Source of the DNA: Bacteroidales bacterium
GTDB taxonomy: Bacteria; Bacteroidota; Bacteroidia; Bacteroidales; Bacteroidaceae
Direction of reading: 5' to 3'
DNA length: 51,925 bases
NCBI GenBank assembly: GCA_030535995.1
Contig: JAUNQV010000002.1
Span: 1 to 51,925, forward strand
How positions within the stretch are numbered: the stretch's first letter is position 1; each line of letters starts with the position of its first letter. This document shows, one piece after another, positions 38,325 through 46,891 of the stretch. The translations under genes and the position numbers were made by a program. Under the pieces are notes generated by a model that saw only the letters and a program-made list of their open reading frames with translations, had not been told where the DNA came from and searched no databases.

Positions 38325-38353
38325 AAAAGACAAACTTGAAATAAACTGACCAA

Positions 38354-38821
38354 ATGAAAAATCTTGAATGTAAGGTCGATGCTCTCGATCTTAAAATATT
38401 GAGCATCATATCAAAGGATGCAAGAATTCCCTTCCGTAACGTGGCTGAACTTTGCGGTGTTTCGCGTGCAGCAATACACCTGCGTGTGCAGCATCTGATA
38501 GATATGGGCATAATCTCGGGCTCAAGCTACGAGATAGATGTCCGTCGTCTCGGTTACAAAACCTGTACATACATTGGAATACGTCTTGAGCGCGGTTCAA
38601 TGTACAAAGAGGTTGTGGAGCGCTTGCGCGAGATACCCGAGGTGGTTGAGTGTTGCTACACGACAGGCCCATATTCAATACTTGCCCGCATGTATTCGCA
38701 CGATAATGAGCATCTTATGCAGCTCCTCAACGGCCGTGTGCAGGAGATACCGGGCGTGGTGAGTACCGAAACGATGATTGTGCTTGCCCACAGCATAAAG
38801 CGTAACATGCCAATGGAATAG
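38354..38821 (+). CDS. Lrp/AsnC-family transcriptional regulator
   Basis: The protein is 155 aa. The N-terminal HTH reads LD.KIL.I.SKDARIPF..VAELCGVSRAAIH.RVQ.L...GII. The C-terminal RAM-like domain reads ..V.ECCYTTGPYS.LAR. Confidence 0.88.
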   Translation: MKNLECKVDALDLKILSIISKDARIPFRNVAELCGVSRAAIHLRVQHLIDMGIISGSSYEIDVRRLGYKTCTYIGIRLERGSMYKEVVERLREIPEVVECCYTTGPYSILARMYSHDNEHLMQLLNGRVQEIPGVVSTETMIVLAHSIKRNMPME

Positions 38822-38849
38822 CCGTCAGGCTGGTTTTTTATACAATAGT

Positions 38850-38887
38850 GACACCCGTGTTTTCCCAAGTGCGGGTGTCTTTATTTT
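38850..38887 (+). terminator. Rho-independent terminator
   Basis: An 8-bp GC-rich stem gacacccg / cgggtgtc is followed by tttatttt, 29 nt after the lrp-family stop. Confidence 0.6.
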
Positions 38888-38894
38888 AATTGAT

Positions 38895-40664
38895 ATGCAA
38901 CCGAAAGAATTTGATGTAAAGGGTGAGTTCAAGAACATCCACAGGCAATATCCTGCCTTCAGACAGCGCCCGGTAGTGGGCATTACTGCCAATTTCGACG
39001 ATGGCAAGGTAACCCTTGCCGAGGCCTATTACAGGTCGGTGCTTGAAGCGGGCGGTACTCCGCTTCTTATACCTCCTTATGCCGAACGTGATGCTCTGCT
39101 TGAGACACTTTCGCACATTGACGCGCTTCTTCTTACAGGCGGAGCCGACATCGACCCCCGTTACATGAACGAGGAGCCCGACTGTAATCTGCTGCACGGA
39201 ATTAATCAAAGACGCGATGAGCAGGAACTTCTGCTGGCATTGCTTGCCGATGCCCGCTCTCTTCCCATTTTGGGTATATGCCGTGGTGTGCAGGTGATTG
39301 CCGTGGCTTTTGGCGGTTCTGTACACCAGGATATATACGCCTCCTTGGGGGCGCAGTTGCTCAATCACGACCAGGAGCCTGTCGAGCGTGGTGTGGCTAC
39401 ACACGATGTGCTGTTGACCGAGGGCAGCCGTCTGCGTGGGGTTTTCGGGTGTGAACATCTTGCGGTTAACACTTTTCATCATCAGGCTGTGAACGGCGTT
39501 CCTGTCGGTTTTAGAGTGGTGGCGCACTCTTCCGATGGGGTAATCGAGGGTATTGAGGCAACCGACGGCCGTTCAATCATAGGGGTGCAGTGGCACCCCG
39601 AGTCGTTCATTATGAACGGTGACCGCTGCATGATGCCTCTTTTCAATTGGCTTGTCGACGAAGCTTCGCTTTACCGCCGTTCGACAGAGCTCCACAAGAG
39701 CATTGTGACAATTGACTCGCATTGCGACACGCCCATGCTCTTTTCCACCGGCTACAGGCTTGAAGAACGCAGCGAAGTGGCACTTGTAGACCTTCACAAG
39801 ATGAATGAAGGGGCTCTTGATGCAAGTACAATGGTTGCATATATACCTCAAGGTGCCCGAGATGAGGTCTCTTTGTCGGCTGCGGTTGTCATGGCCTGCG
39901 ACCTGCTGCAAGGCATTGCTGCGCAGGTGGAGCGCAATAGCCAATGGGTTACCTTGTGCAGTACTCCGGGTGAGCTTCGTGCAGCCAAGAAAGAGGGCAA
40001 GAGAGCAATAATGCGAGGTATCGAGAATGGCTATGCGATAGGCCTTGATATAGCCAATGTTGAGCGCTTCAGGCGCATGGGGGTTGTGTACATTACCCTT
40101 TGCCATAATGGTAATAACGATATATGTGATTCGGCCCGCGGGGTGGCGGAACATGGAGGCTTGAGCCTGTTCGGCAAAGATGTTCTTCGGGAGATGAACC
40201 GTGTGGGAATGGTTGTCGACCTTTCGCATGCGGCCGAGTCTACATTCTGGCAGGTACTGGAATTGAGCAACAGCCCGGTAGTCTGTTCGCACTCGTCGTG
40301 CAAAGCCTTGTGTAATCATCCACGCAACCTCACCGATGAGCAGATAAAGGCTCTTGCATTAAAGGGTGGTGTGGTTCAGGTGACAATGTACAGCGGTTTC
40401 CTGTGTGAGAATGGCGAGGCTGCTTTAGACGATTTTATGGCGCATCTTGAGCATGCCATAGAGGTTGCCGGGATTGACCATGTGGGAATAGGTACCGATT
40501 TTGATGGCGATGGCGCAGTGAAAGGGTGTTCGTCGGCATCGCAGCTCCGCAATATCACCCGTGAGCTTCTTCGCCGTGGCTATAGCGATTTAGATATTGA
40601 GAAATTGTGGGGCGGCAACTGGTTGCGTGTAGTAGATGAGGTTCAGGCAGCAGCTCGGATTTAG
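38895..40664 (+). CDS. Fusion protein: class-I glutamine amidotransferase-like peptidase C26 (gamma-glutamyl hydrolase, PuuD-like) joined to a peptidase M19 renal-type dipeptidase
   Basis: The protein is 589 aa. The N-terminal half contains LLLTGGADIDP, ILGICRGVQV (nucleophile Cys) and GVQWHPE. The C-terminal half contains TIDSHCDTP, VYITLCHNG.N, VVDLSH, P.V.SHSS, and GIDHVGIGTDFDG. Confidence 0.8.
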   Translation: MQPKEFDVKGEFKNIHRQYPAFRQRPVVGITANFDDGKVTLAEAYYRSVLEAGGTPLLIPPYAERDALLETLSHIDALLLTGGADIDPRYMNEEPDCNLLHGINQRRDEQELLLALLADARSLPILGICRGVQVIAVAFGGSVHQDIYASLGAQLLNHDQEPVERGVATHDVLLTEGSRLRGVFGCEHLAVNTFHHQAVNGVPVGFRVVAHSSDGVIEGIEATDGRSIIGVQWHPESFIMNGDRCMMPLFNWLVDEASLYRRSTELHKSIVTIDSHCDTPMLFSTGYRLEERSEVALVDLHKMNEGALDASTMVAYIPQGARDEVSLSAAVVMACDLLQGIAAQVERNSQWVTLCSTPGELRAAKKEGKRAIMRGIENGYAIGLDIANVERFRRMGVVYITLCHNGNNDICDSARGVAEHGGLSLFGKDVLREMNRVGMVVDLSHAAESTFWQVLELSNSPVVCSHSSCKALCNHPRNLTDEQIKALALKGGVVQVTMYSGFLCENGEAALDDFMAHLEHAIEVAGIDHVGIGTDFDGDGAVKGCSSASQLRNITRELLRRGYSDLDIEKLWGGNWLRVVDEVQAAARI

Positions 40665-40682
40665 TGAAATGAGACCGAACAA

Positions 40683-40716
40683 AAAACCTCGATAATCCAT
40701 GGATTATCGAGGTTTT
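40683..40716. terminator. Bidirectional terminator
   Basis: The perfect palindrome aaaacctcgataatcca|tggattatcgaggtttt is flanked by an A-run and a T-run. It lies between the fusion gene (+) and the 3' end of tRNA-Pro (-). Confidence 0.75.
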
Positions 40717-40723
40717 AATTAAG

Positions 40724-40798
40724 TCGGGATGACTGGATTCGAACCAGCGACCACACGCCCCCCAGACGCGTACTCTAACCGGGCTGAGCTACATCCCG
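40724..40798 (-). tRNA. tRNA-Pro, anticodon GGG
   Basis: The reverse complement is CGGGATG TA GCTC AGCCCGGTTA GAGT A CGCGT CTGGGGG GCGTG TGGTC GCTGG TTCGAAT CCAGT CATCCCG A. This folds into a full cloverleaf with a perfect 7-bp acceptor stem (C1-G72), a T-loop TTCGAAT, and an anticodon loop C-T-GGG-G-G. CCA is not encoded. Confidence 0.9.
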
Positions 40799-40823
40799 CT
40801 CTTTATTTGCCTGTTTGCGTCTG

Positions 40824-40831
40824 CAAAGGTA
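40824..40831 (-). promoter_or_regulatory. Candidate -7 box (TAccTTTG) for tRNA-Pro
   Basis: The minus strand reads tatacctttg, which matches TAnnTTTG about 26 nt upstream of the mature tRNA 5' end. Confidence 0.4.
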
Positions 40832-41004
40832 TATAAATTTTGCGAAAAACAAGCAATAATGGGGAAATAATTTTGATTTAACAGCTGTTTTTTAAAATAA
40901 ATGGCTCTTTAGGCTGATTTAATTTGTCAAAATCATTCAATTTTTTCAAATTTGTGTCTGATAACAGTTGCCGTTTTATATTTTAGCGGAGAAAGAGGAA
41001 TATT

Positions 41005-41931
41005 ATGAAATATATGCTCAAGGTGCTGTCGATGTTTGAGATGGGGCAGCGCGACAATCAGGAAGATTACATGTTCCCACAGCCGGGTGAGGCAACAGAC
41101 GAGTGCCGTGATTTCATCCTTTGCGACGGCATGGGCGGTCACGACTCGGGTGAGGTCGCAAGCAATGCCGTGTGCTGTGCCATGGGTGGTTACCTGCTCG
41201 ATAACGGCAAAGATGATGCGCCTTTTACAAAGGAGGCCTTTCTTGAGGCGTTGAATTTTGCATATAGCGAACTGGATGTCCGTGATACAAAGGCCGTAAA
41301 GAAGATGGGCACGACAATGACATTTCTCAAGTTCCACAAAGGTGGCTGTTTTGTGGCCCACATTGGCGATAGCAGGGTCTATCATCTGCGTCCGTCACAA
41401 GGTATACTTTTTGAAACCCGCGACCACTCTTTGGTGAATGACCTGATAAAAATAGGAGAACTCACAGAAGAGGAGGCCTTGGATTTTCCCAACCGCAATG
41501 TAATTACCCGCTGTATGCAGCCCGGAAAGGAGAACCGTTGCCGTGCCGATGTAAAGGAGATAACCGATGTTCGTGAGGGGGATTACTTCTTCATGTGCAG
41601 CGATGGGGTAAATGAGACACTCGACAGCAATAGCCTTGCCGAAATAATCCTTTCGCCTTCGTTGACCGACGAGGAGAAGATTGAGGCAATCAGAATGGGT
41701 ACCGAGGAGGCCAGCGACAACCATACGGCTTTCCTTGTGCATGTAATATCTGTGGAAGGGGCTCCGGAACCGGTTGCAGAGCCTCTTGAACAGCCCTCAC
41801 CGGCTCATGCTGCCGCTGTTCCTGTGGAGAGCAACAATAAAAAAAGTGGTGTAAAGATATTTGCCGTTGTTGTAGTTGTATTATTCTTTTTGGCGGCAAT
41901 TGCCTCTCTCTGCTATTTCTTTATCGTGTAG
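41005..41931 (+). CDS. PP2C-family Ser/Thr protein phosphatase with a C-terminal transmembrane anchor
   Basis: The protein is 308 aa. PP2C motifs are present: G.R..NQED, LCDGMGGH..GEVAS, GTTM, HIGDSRVY and CSDGV. The C-terminus KIFAVVVVVLFFLAAIASLCYFFIV is a hydrophobic helix. Confidence 0.85.
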   Translation: MKYMLKVLSMFEMGQRDNQEDYMFPQPGEATDECRDFILCDGMGGHDSGEVASNAVCCAMGGYLLDNGKDDAPFTKEAFLEALNFAYSELDVRDTKAVKKMGTTMTFLKFHKGGCFVAHIGDSRVYHLRPSQGILFETRDHSLVNDLIKIGELTEEEALDFPNRNVITRCMQPGKENRCRADVKEITDVREGDYFFMCSDGVNETLDSNSLAEIILSPSLTDEEKIEAIRMGTEEASDNHTAFLVHVISVEGAPEPVAEPLEQPSPAHAAAVPVESNNKKSGVKIFAVVVVVLFFLAAIASLCYFFIV

Positions 41932-42055
41932 CCGGGTACGGCTCCTGTAGAGGCCTGTCGCATGTAATGCTTCTTCCTGGTTTAACCTTATTGATAATTT
42001 TATCAAAAAAGTTTGAATATAGGCTTGATGTTTTTATTTTTGCAGAATAGGATAT

Positions 42056-42063
42056 TATCTTTG
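42056..42063 (+). promoter_or_regulatory. Candidate -7 box (TAtcTTTG) upstream of the CotH-family gene
   Basis: It matches TAnnTTTG 47 nt upstream of ATG 42110. A second match (TAttTTTG) lies at 42035-42042. Confidence 0.35.
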
Positions 42064-42109
42064 ATAATATACCTCGGAATAAGTTTTATTTTGCAAAAAT
42101 ATCAATACA

Positions 42110-45100
42110 ATGAAGCGTCTTATATTTATATTGCTTGTAGCAACATTTGTGTCGGGTGTCAGGTCTCAAAATTGGGAGGTTACTTTAGGGGCCTCTGACG
42201 GCTTGCCGGGCAATGTGGAATACTTTATAGATGATGCAGGTGAGTTCTATCAGTTCTATAAGTATAAATCTCCGTTGCTCTCACCGGCCTCTCCTACAAA
42301 CAAAATAAGGCTGACTATTGTAGAGACTGTTTCCAATGAGGCCCCGAATGGGAATAATGTGATTTTTGCCCTCTCCGAGCTTGCTGTCTACGATGCTGCA
42401 GGTAACAGCATTGGATATGTGGCATCGTCCAATGCCGATTACAATGCTTTGACACAGAACACAGACGGTAGCGGGTTACCGGCTTTGAATGACAATAGTG
42501 TATCTACTTATTTTCATTCGATGTACAAGACACCGGCTGTAACAGATTATCATTATGTTGAATTGACACTTGCTTCAAGTGTCAGTTCCTTCTCTATCGA
42601 GTGGTCGACACGTGCAAATGAAATCAATTACAAGAATACTCCAACCTTGGTAGGAGTCACAGCAGGCACAACTTATGGTCAGGCCGGAAGTGATGAGTCC
42701 ATTGTGGGAGAGGTGGTTTCCACGGTAGATGAACTTGCCGTAGAGAATAGGCTCTTCTTCCTGAAGAGCAATTCGCAGAGTTCATTTACTGCGGCCAACG
42801 GTAATTATTATTATGGTAGCGGTCCGCTCTTTATGCAGTGTGCAGAGTCGGGCAGTACAAGTGCTGCGTTGTCACATGCAGTACAGTTCATACCGGCGGG
42901 TGGCGACCGTTATCTTGCATATTGGCCCCAGACGGGCAAGTTCCTCGAAAACAGTGCGCCAAGATATGATGGCGTCAATGGCTGGCAATATAGCACAACT
43001 GATTTATCATCGGCTGCACTCCTGAAAATATCGGCCGTCAGCGGTTACTTTGAGATGCAGTACGATGGTGTTTATTCGGACGAGGATATTACACTTTACA
43101 TTGGCGCGGAGCTGCGCGATGGAGTTGTATCGAAAATGAAGACCTTTGACCTCGAACACAAGAATGCACTGGAAGCCGGTGATTACACCCAGGGATTTGC
43201 ATTGCCGGTGGCATTCAACTGGTCAATATATAATGCCAATATACCGGAACTTACACTCCAAGGTCTTGTGACAAATATGGGCGTTTTGGCATTCAATTAC
43301 CTTAATCCGCAGATAATAAATGCATACGGCTATCTTGAAACTTATGGCGACCATAACGGTTCTTGTCTTTCGGGTGAGAATGCGACTCTGCGCAGTGTGC
43401 TTTCCGATGCTGAGGTGCTGGTTAATTCTGATTCTCCCGAGTATGTTGCAATATTCGACAGCGAAGTGGCAATCTTCAATGCACTGTCGGTATATATGGC
43501 TGCCCGAATGGAACTTTACAAGAAAGAGGTTGAGGCTCTGATTGCCGGTGAGCGTTTTACAGAATATCCTTATGAGCCGGGAACATACCCCATAAGTTCC
43601 AAGGAAATGTTGGAGAATATCCTTGTGAGCATTGCAGATGCCCAAAGTAAAGCAGGTGTATACTCGGCTGCTATGTATGAGAGCATATATACGCAACTCG
43701 AAAGGGATATGGATATTTTCTATTCCACAATTATTGAGGAGGGCGAGACTCCCGACGTTCCCGAAACGCCCGACGAGCCGTTGATAGATGGGAATACAAT
43801 TTTTGTTTACCTGTCAAATGGAGGAATTGAGGCCTTTGCATCCTCGTCACTTGCCGGTGAGCATTATATGACAGGCGAGAACCTCTGTATTCCATTGGTG
43901 GGCGGAGAGGTCAGGGTTTTCGCCCCCGAGGAGTACGACAGTTGCTCGACCGTGATACCAGAGTTCCCGGTAATGACTTCGTTCAAGTTCAACAATAAGT
44001 ACAATCCGAACCTGCATGTCGATGCGTTGCTCGACAGCGTGAGCCGTGATATGACTTTCACTCTCAATGCAATCGGTAAATGGCTCACACCAAGTTTCAA
44101 TATGAGCAGTGACAAGGCTGTTGCCTATGTCGACACCGTTCCACAGGTCAGTAAGGTGAGCCGTTTGAGTTTTGCCGACGGGGTAAAATACATTGTTACA
44201 TACCCCGGCTGTTACATAAGCAAAACCGTCAAGGTACAGGACGAAATGTGGAATACCGTTGTTAGCGGTGGTGAGGAGAGCGAAATCCCGCTCACAGCCG
44301 ATATGTTGTCGACAAACAAGCCTTCGACACAGAGCAGCGAGAGTCTTGCAAGTCTTCTCGATGGAAATGAAAACACAATTTTCCATTCTACATGGGGCAG
44401 TGCCAATAATGCAACCATAAATGTAAATACATACATAGATATTGCCTTGCCGGCTCTATCCAAGGCGATAAAGGTTTATTATAAATGTCGTCCGCAGAGA
44501 GGGTATAATCCTCTTGAATGGGAAATATATGCAGGAAACGACACTGAAAGCCTACAATTGGTCCGTACGCTCAGCAGTGAAAACGACGGAATGCCAACAG
44601 GTGGAGCAGGACAGGAGTTTACCTCTTCCTTAATTCCTCTTGGTGGAGAGTACTCCCACATCAGAATTGTCCAGACGAGAGGAGAATACTCCAAGAACCA
44701 TCTTGCAATTTCTGAACTCCGCATCTACAATGTAGAGAATGTAGTAGTTGAAGATGTTAAAGTGCAGGATGCTGTCTACGCAATAAAGCGTGTGCCGGTT
44801 GGTAATGAGTATCGTGTAAAGGTCAATTGGCTCACTGACAACGCTGTTTCTGTTCCGAGAATAGACATTGACATAGACAATGGCCGTTTTGTAACAAGCA
44901 AGAGTTTCTATCTCAAGGCAAATTTCCGCATAACAGGCTATGGGGTATATGATAATTTCGAAGATTCGGTGATGATAAAAGGGCGCGGAAATACCTCTTG
45001 GGGTTACTCCAAGAAACCCTATAGATTGAAGTTCGACGAGAAGGTAAAACCCTTTGGCCTTACAAAAGGCAAGAGTTGGGTGCTTCTTGCCAATGCCCAG

Positions 45101-46822
45101 AGTGGCTCTCTTATGGCTAATGCCGTTGCCATGAAGATGGGGCAGATGGCCGGTTCGGCATACGCGAACCACATAGTACCTGTAGAACTTTACATGAACG
45201 GTACTTATATGGGCAGCTACATGTTTACAGAGAAGGTTGGAATGGCCAATAACAGTGTGGATGTTGACGAAGACCTCGGTTACCTGCTTGAACTTGATAC
45301 ATACTACGATGAGACCTATAAGTTCAAGACCGATTTGTACAGCCTGCCTGTAAATGTGAAGGAGCCCGACCTGACAGAGTATGAAGCCTCTGTTGCAGAG
45401 AAGCGTTTCTCGACAATACAGCAGGAAATGAACAAACTCGTTGACTTTGTGGCCAATAATGGAGATATCGAGTCGGTTCTCGATATGGATGCTTATGCGC
45501 GCTTTATGCTTGCCAACGATTATGCCCTTAATATGGAGATAGGTCATCCTAAAAGCACCTTCCTGTTCAAAGAAACCGAGGGCTTCATCTCTTCAAAATT
45601 CAAGTTCGGCCCTATCTGGGATTTTGATTGGGGCTTCGGCTATGAGAATGGCAGTGCCTATTGCTATGAGGGTGCTACATCGAGTGTTATGAAGACATCG
45701 ATGGCCGGTTATTCATTCCTGCGTGATATACGTAGCACAGTACTCTTCAAGAAACACTACTATAAAGTGTGGAAAGAGTTTGTGCAGAATAACTCATTTG
45801 AGGAACTGATGGACTATATCGACTCCTATTACACATTTGCAAAATCCTCTTTTGATAACAATGCAGGAGAGTGGGGCAGCAGCTGTGGCTTCGACGAGAG
45901 CGATAGGGACCGCATGAAAGAGTGGCTTGCAACCCGCATGGATTATATATACAACGGGCTCACAGAGTACAATATCGATGAGTTCATTTATCCGCTTGCA
46001 GGTGATGTCAATTGCAACAATGCCACTACTGTACACGATGCAACATCCATCGTGGCCCACTTGAACGGTTCTGCTGTTGACAATTTCAGTCTTAAAAAGG
46101 CCGATTGCGACGGTAACGGCAAGGTTGAAGCCGCGGATGCCGAAAAAACGGTGTCACTTGTTATGGAAAGCGCAGTTCCCGATGCTCTCTATTGGTACAA
46201 CACGCCTGTTGCAGTGGGCGAGTTCCTTGCCGAAGATTTTGCTATGGAGCTTGGAGCAGAGCAAATAGTGCCGTTGAAGATAGCAAGTGTTGCCGAAGAG
46301 CCATATAACGCATTCCAGTTCGATTTGAAGGTGCCCGATGGTATGTTTGTCGATGATATTGCCGCAGGCGATGTGCTTGCCGGCCACAGGCTTGAGTATG
46401 TGCAGCTTGATATGAATACCTATAGGGTAGTGGCATATTCTCCTACAAACAGCAATTTCACCACCGGTGAAGATGTTGTTGTAAACATTGCGTTGAGTAC
46501 GACAACGGTCATTGAGGAGGAGAACCGCAAACTGCAGGTAACAGATGCATATATTGTAGATGCAGGTAATGTTGAACTCCGCATGAAGGATGTTGCTGTG
46601 CAGTTTGCCTTGTCAACAGGTGTTGACGGCATTTACGCAACAGTATCGGTCAAGGGTGGCGATTGTGTTGTGATAACTGCTTTGGAGAGCCAAGAGGTTG
46701 TTATTTATGGTGTCGATGGCCGTCTTGTGCGCAAGGTGATTGCGGGCGAGGGTACAACACGTGTATATTTGCCGGCCGGAATGTATGTGGTCGGTGGGCA
46801 GAAGGTGTTTGTCCGCCCGTAG
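42110..46822 (+). CDS. Giant secreted multidomain protein. Order: signal peptide, discoidin-like domain, unknown region, Ig-like domain, discoidin (F5/8 type C)-like domain, CotH kinase-family domain, dockerin-like repeats, cohesin-like beta-sandwich, T9SS C-terminal sorting domain.
   Basis: The protein is 1570 aa. The signal peptide reads MKRLIFILLVATFVSGVRSQ. CotH signatures are GRGNTSWGYSKKPYRLKFDEK, VELYMNGTYMGSYMFTEKV and GPIWDFDWGFG. Discoidin-like signatures are LLDGNENTIFHS...ISELRIYN. Dockerin-like EF-hand repeats are GDVNCNNATTVHDATSIV and ADCDGNGKVEAADAEKTV. The CTD reads VVIYGVDGRLVRKV...LPAGMYVVGGQKVFVRP. Confidence 0.85.
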   Translation: MKRLIFILLVATFVSGVRSQNWEVTLGASDGLPGNVEYFIDDAGEFYQFYKYKSPLLSPASPTNKIRLTIVETVSNEAPNGNNVIFALSELAVYDAAGNSIGYVASSNADYNALTQNTDGSGLPALNDNSVSTYFHSMYKTPAVTDYHYVELTLASSVSSFSIEWSTRANEINYKNTPTLVGVTAGTTYGQAGSDESIVGEVVSTVDELAVENRLFFLKSNSQSSFTAANGNYYYGSGPLFMQCAESGSTSAALSHAVQFIPAGGDRYLAYWPQTGKFLENSAPRYDGVNGWQYSTTDLSSAALLKISAVSGYFEMQYDGVYSDEDITLYIGAELRDGVVSKMKTFDLEHKNALEAGDYTQGFALPVAFNWSIYNANIPELTLQGLVTNMGVLAFNYLNPQIINAYGYLETYGDHNGSCLSGENATLRSVLSDAEVLVNSDSPEYVAIFDSEVAIFNALSVYMAARMELYKKEVEALIAGERFTEYPYEPGTYPISSKEMLENILVSIADAQSKAGVYSAAMYESIYTQLERDMDIFYSTIIEEGETPDVPETPDEPLIDGNTIFVYLSNGGIEAFASSSLAGEHYMTGENLCIPLVGGEVRVFAPEEYDSCSTVIPEFPVMTSFKFNNKYNPNLHVDALLDSVSRDMTFTLNAIGKWLTPSFNMSSDKAVAYVDTVPQVSKVSRLSFADGVKYIVTYPGCYISKTVKVQDEMWNTVVSGGEESEIPLTADMLSTNKPSTQSSESLASLLDGNENTIFHSTWGSANNATINVNTYIDIALPALSKAIKVYYKCRPQRGYNPLEWEIYAGNDTESLQLVRTLSSENDGMPTGGAGQEFTSSLIPLGGEYSHIRIVQTRGEYSKNHLAISELRIYNVENVVVEDVKVQDAVYAIKRVPVGNEYRVKVNWLTDNAVSVPRIDIDIDNGRFVTSKSFYLKANFRITGYGVYDNFEDSVMIKGRGNTSWGYSKKPYRLKFDEKVKPFGLTKGKSWVLLANAQSGSLMANAVAMKMGQMAGSAYANHIVPVELYMNGTYMGSYMFTEKVGMANNSVDVDEDLGYLLELDTYYDETYKFKTDLYSLPVNVKEPDLTEYEASVAEKRFSTIQQEMNKLVDFVANNGDIESVLDMDAYARFMLANDYALNMEIGHPKSTFLFKETEGFISSKFKFGPIWDFDWGFGYENGSAYCYEGATSSVMKTSMAGYSFLRDIRSTVLFKKHYYKVWKEFVQNNSFEELMDYIDSYYTFAKSSFDNNAGEWGSSCGFDESDRDRMKEWLATRMDYIYNGLTEYNIDEFIYPLAGDVNCNNATTVHDATSIVAHLNGSAVDNFSLKKADCDGNGKVEAADAEKTVSLVMESAVPDALYWYNTPVAVGEFLAEDFAMELGAEQIVPLKIASVAEEPYNAFQFDLKVPDGMFVDDIAAGDVLAGHRLEYVQLDMNTYRVVAYSPTNSNFTTGEDVVVNIALSTTTVIEEENRKLQVTDAYIVDAGNVELRMKDVAVQFALSTGVDGIYATVSVKGGDCVVITALESQEVVIYGVDGRLVRKVIAGEGTTRVYLPAGMYVVGGQKVFVRP

Positions 46823-46840
46823 AACCAAGTATATTTATAC

Positions 46841-46879
46841 AATCAGCAGGCTCCTCAACCGAGGAGCCTGCTGATTTTA
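46841..46879. terminator. Bidirectional rho-independent terminator
   Basis: A 16-bp perfect stem aatcagcaggctcctc / gaggagcctgctgatt encloses the loop aacc and is followed by ttt. It lies between the convergent CotH-family gene and the glycosyltransferase gene. Confidence 0.85.
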
Positions 46880-46891
46880 GTTTATGCTCTT

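Noticed and set aside
42013-42198. A 61-aa plus-strand ORF overlapping the start of the CotH-family gene.
   Set aside because: It is out of frame with a gene that has a clear signal peptide, and it starts in the promoter region.
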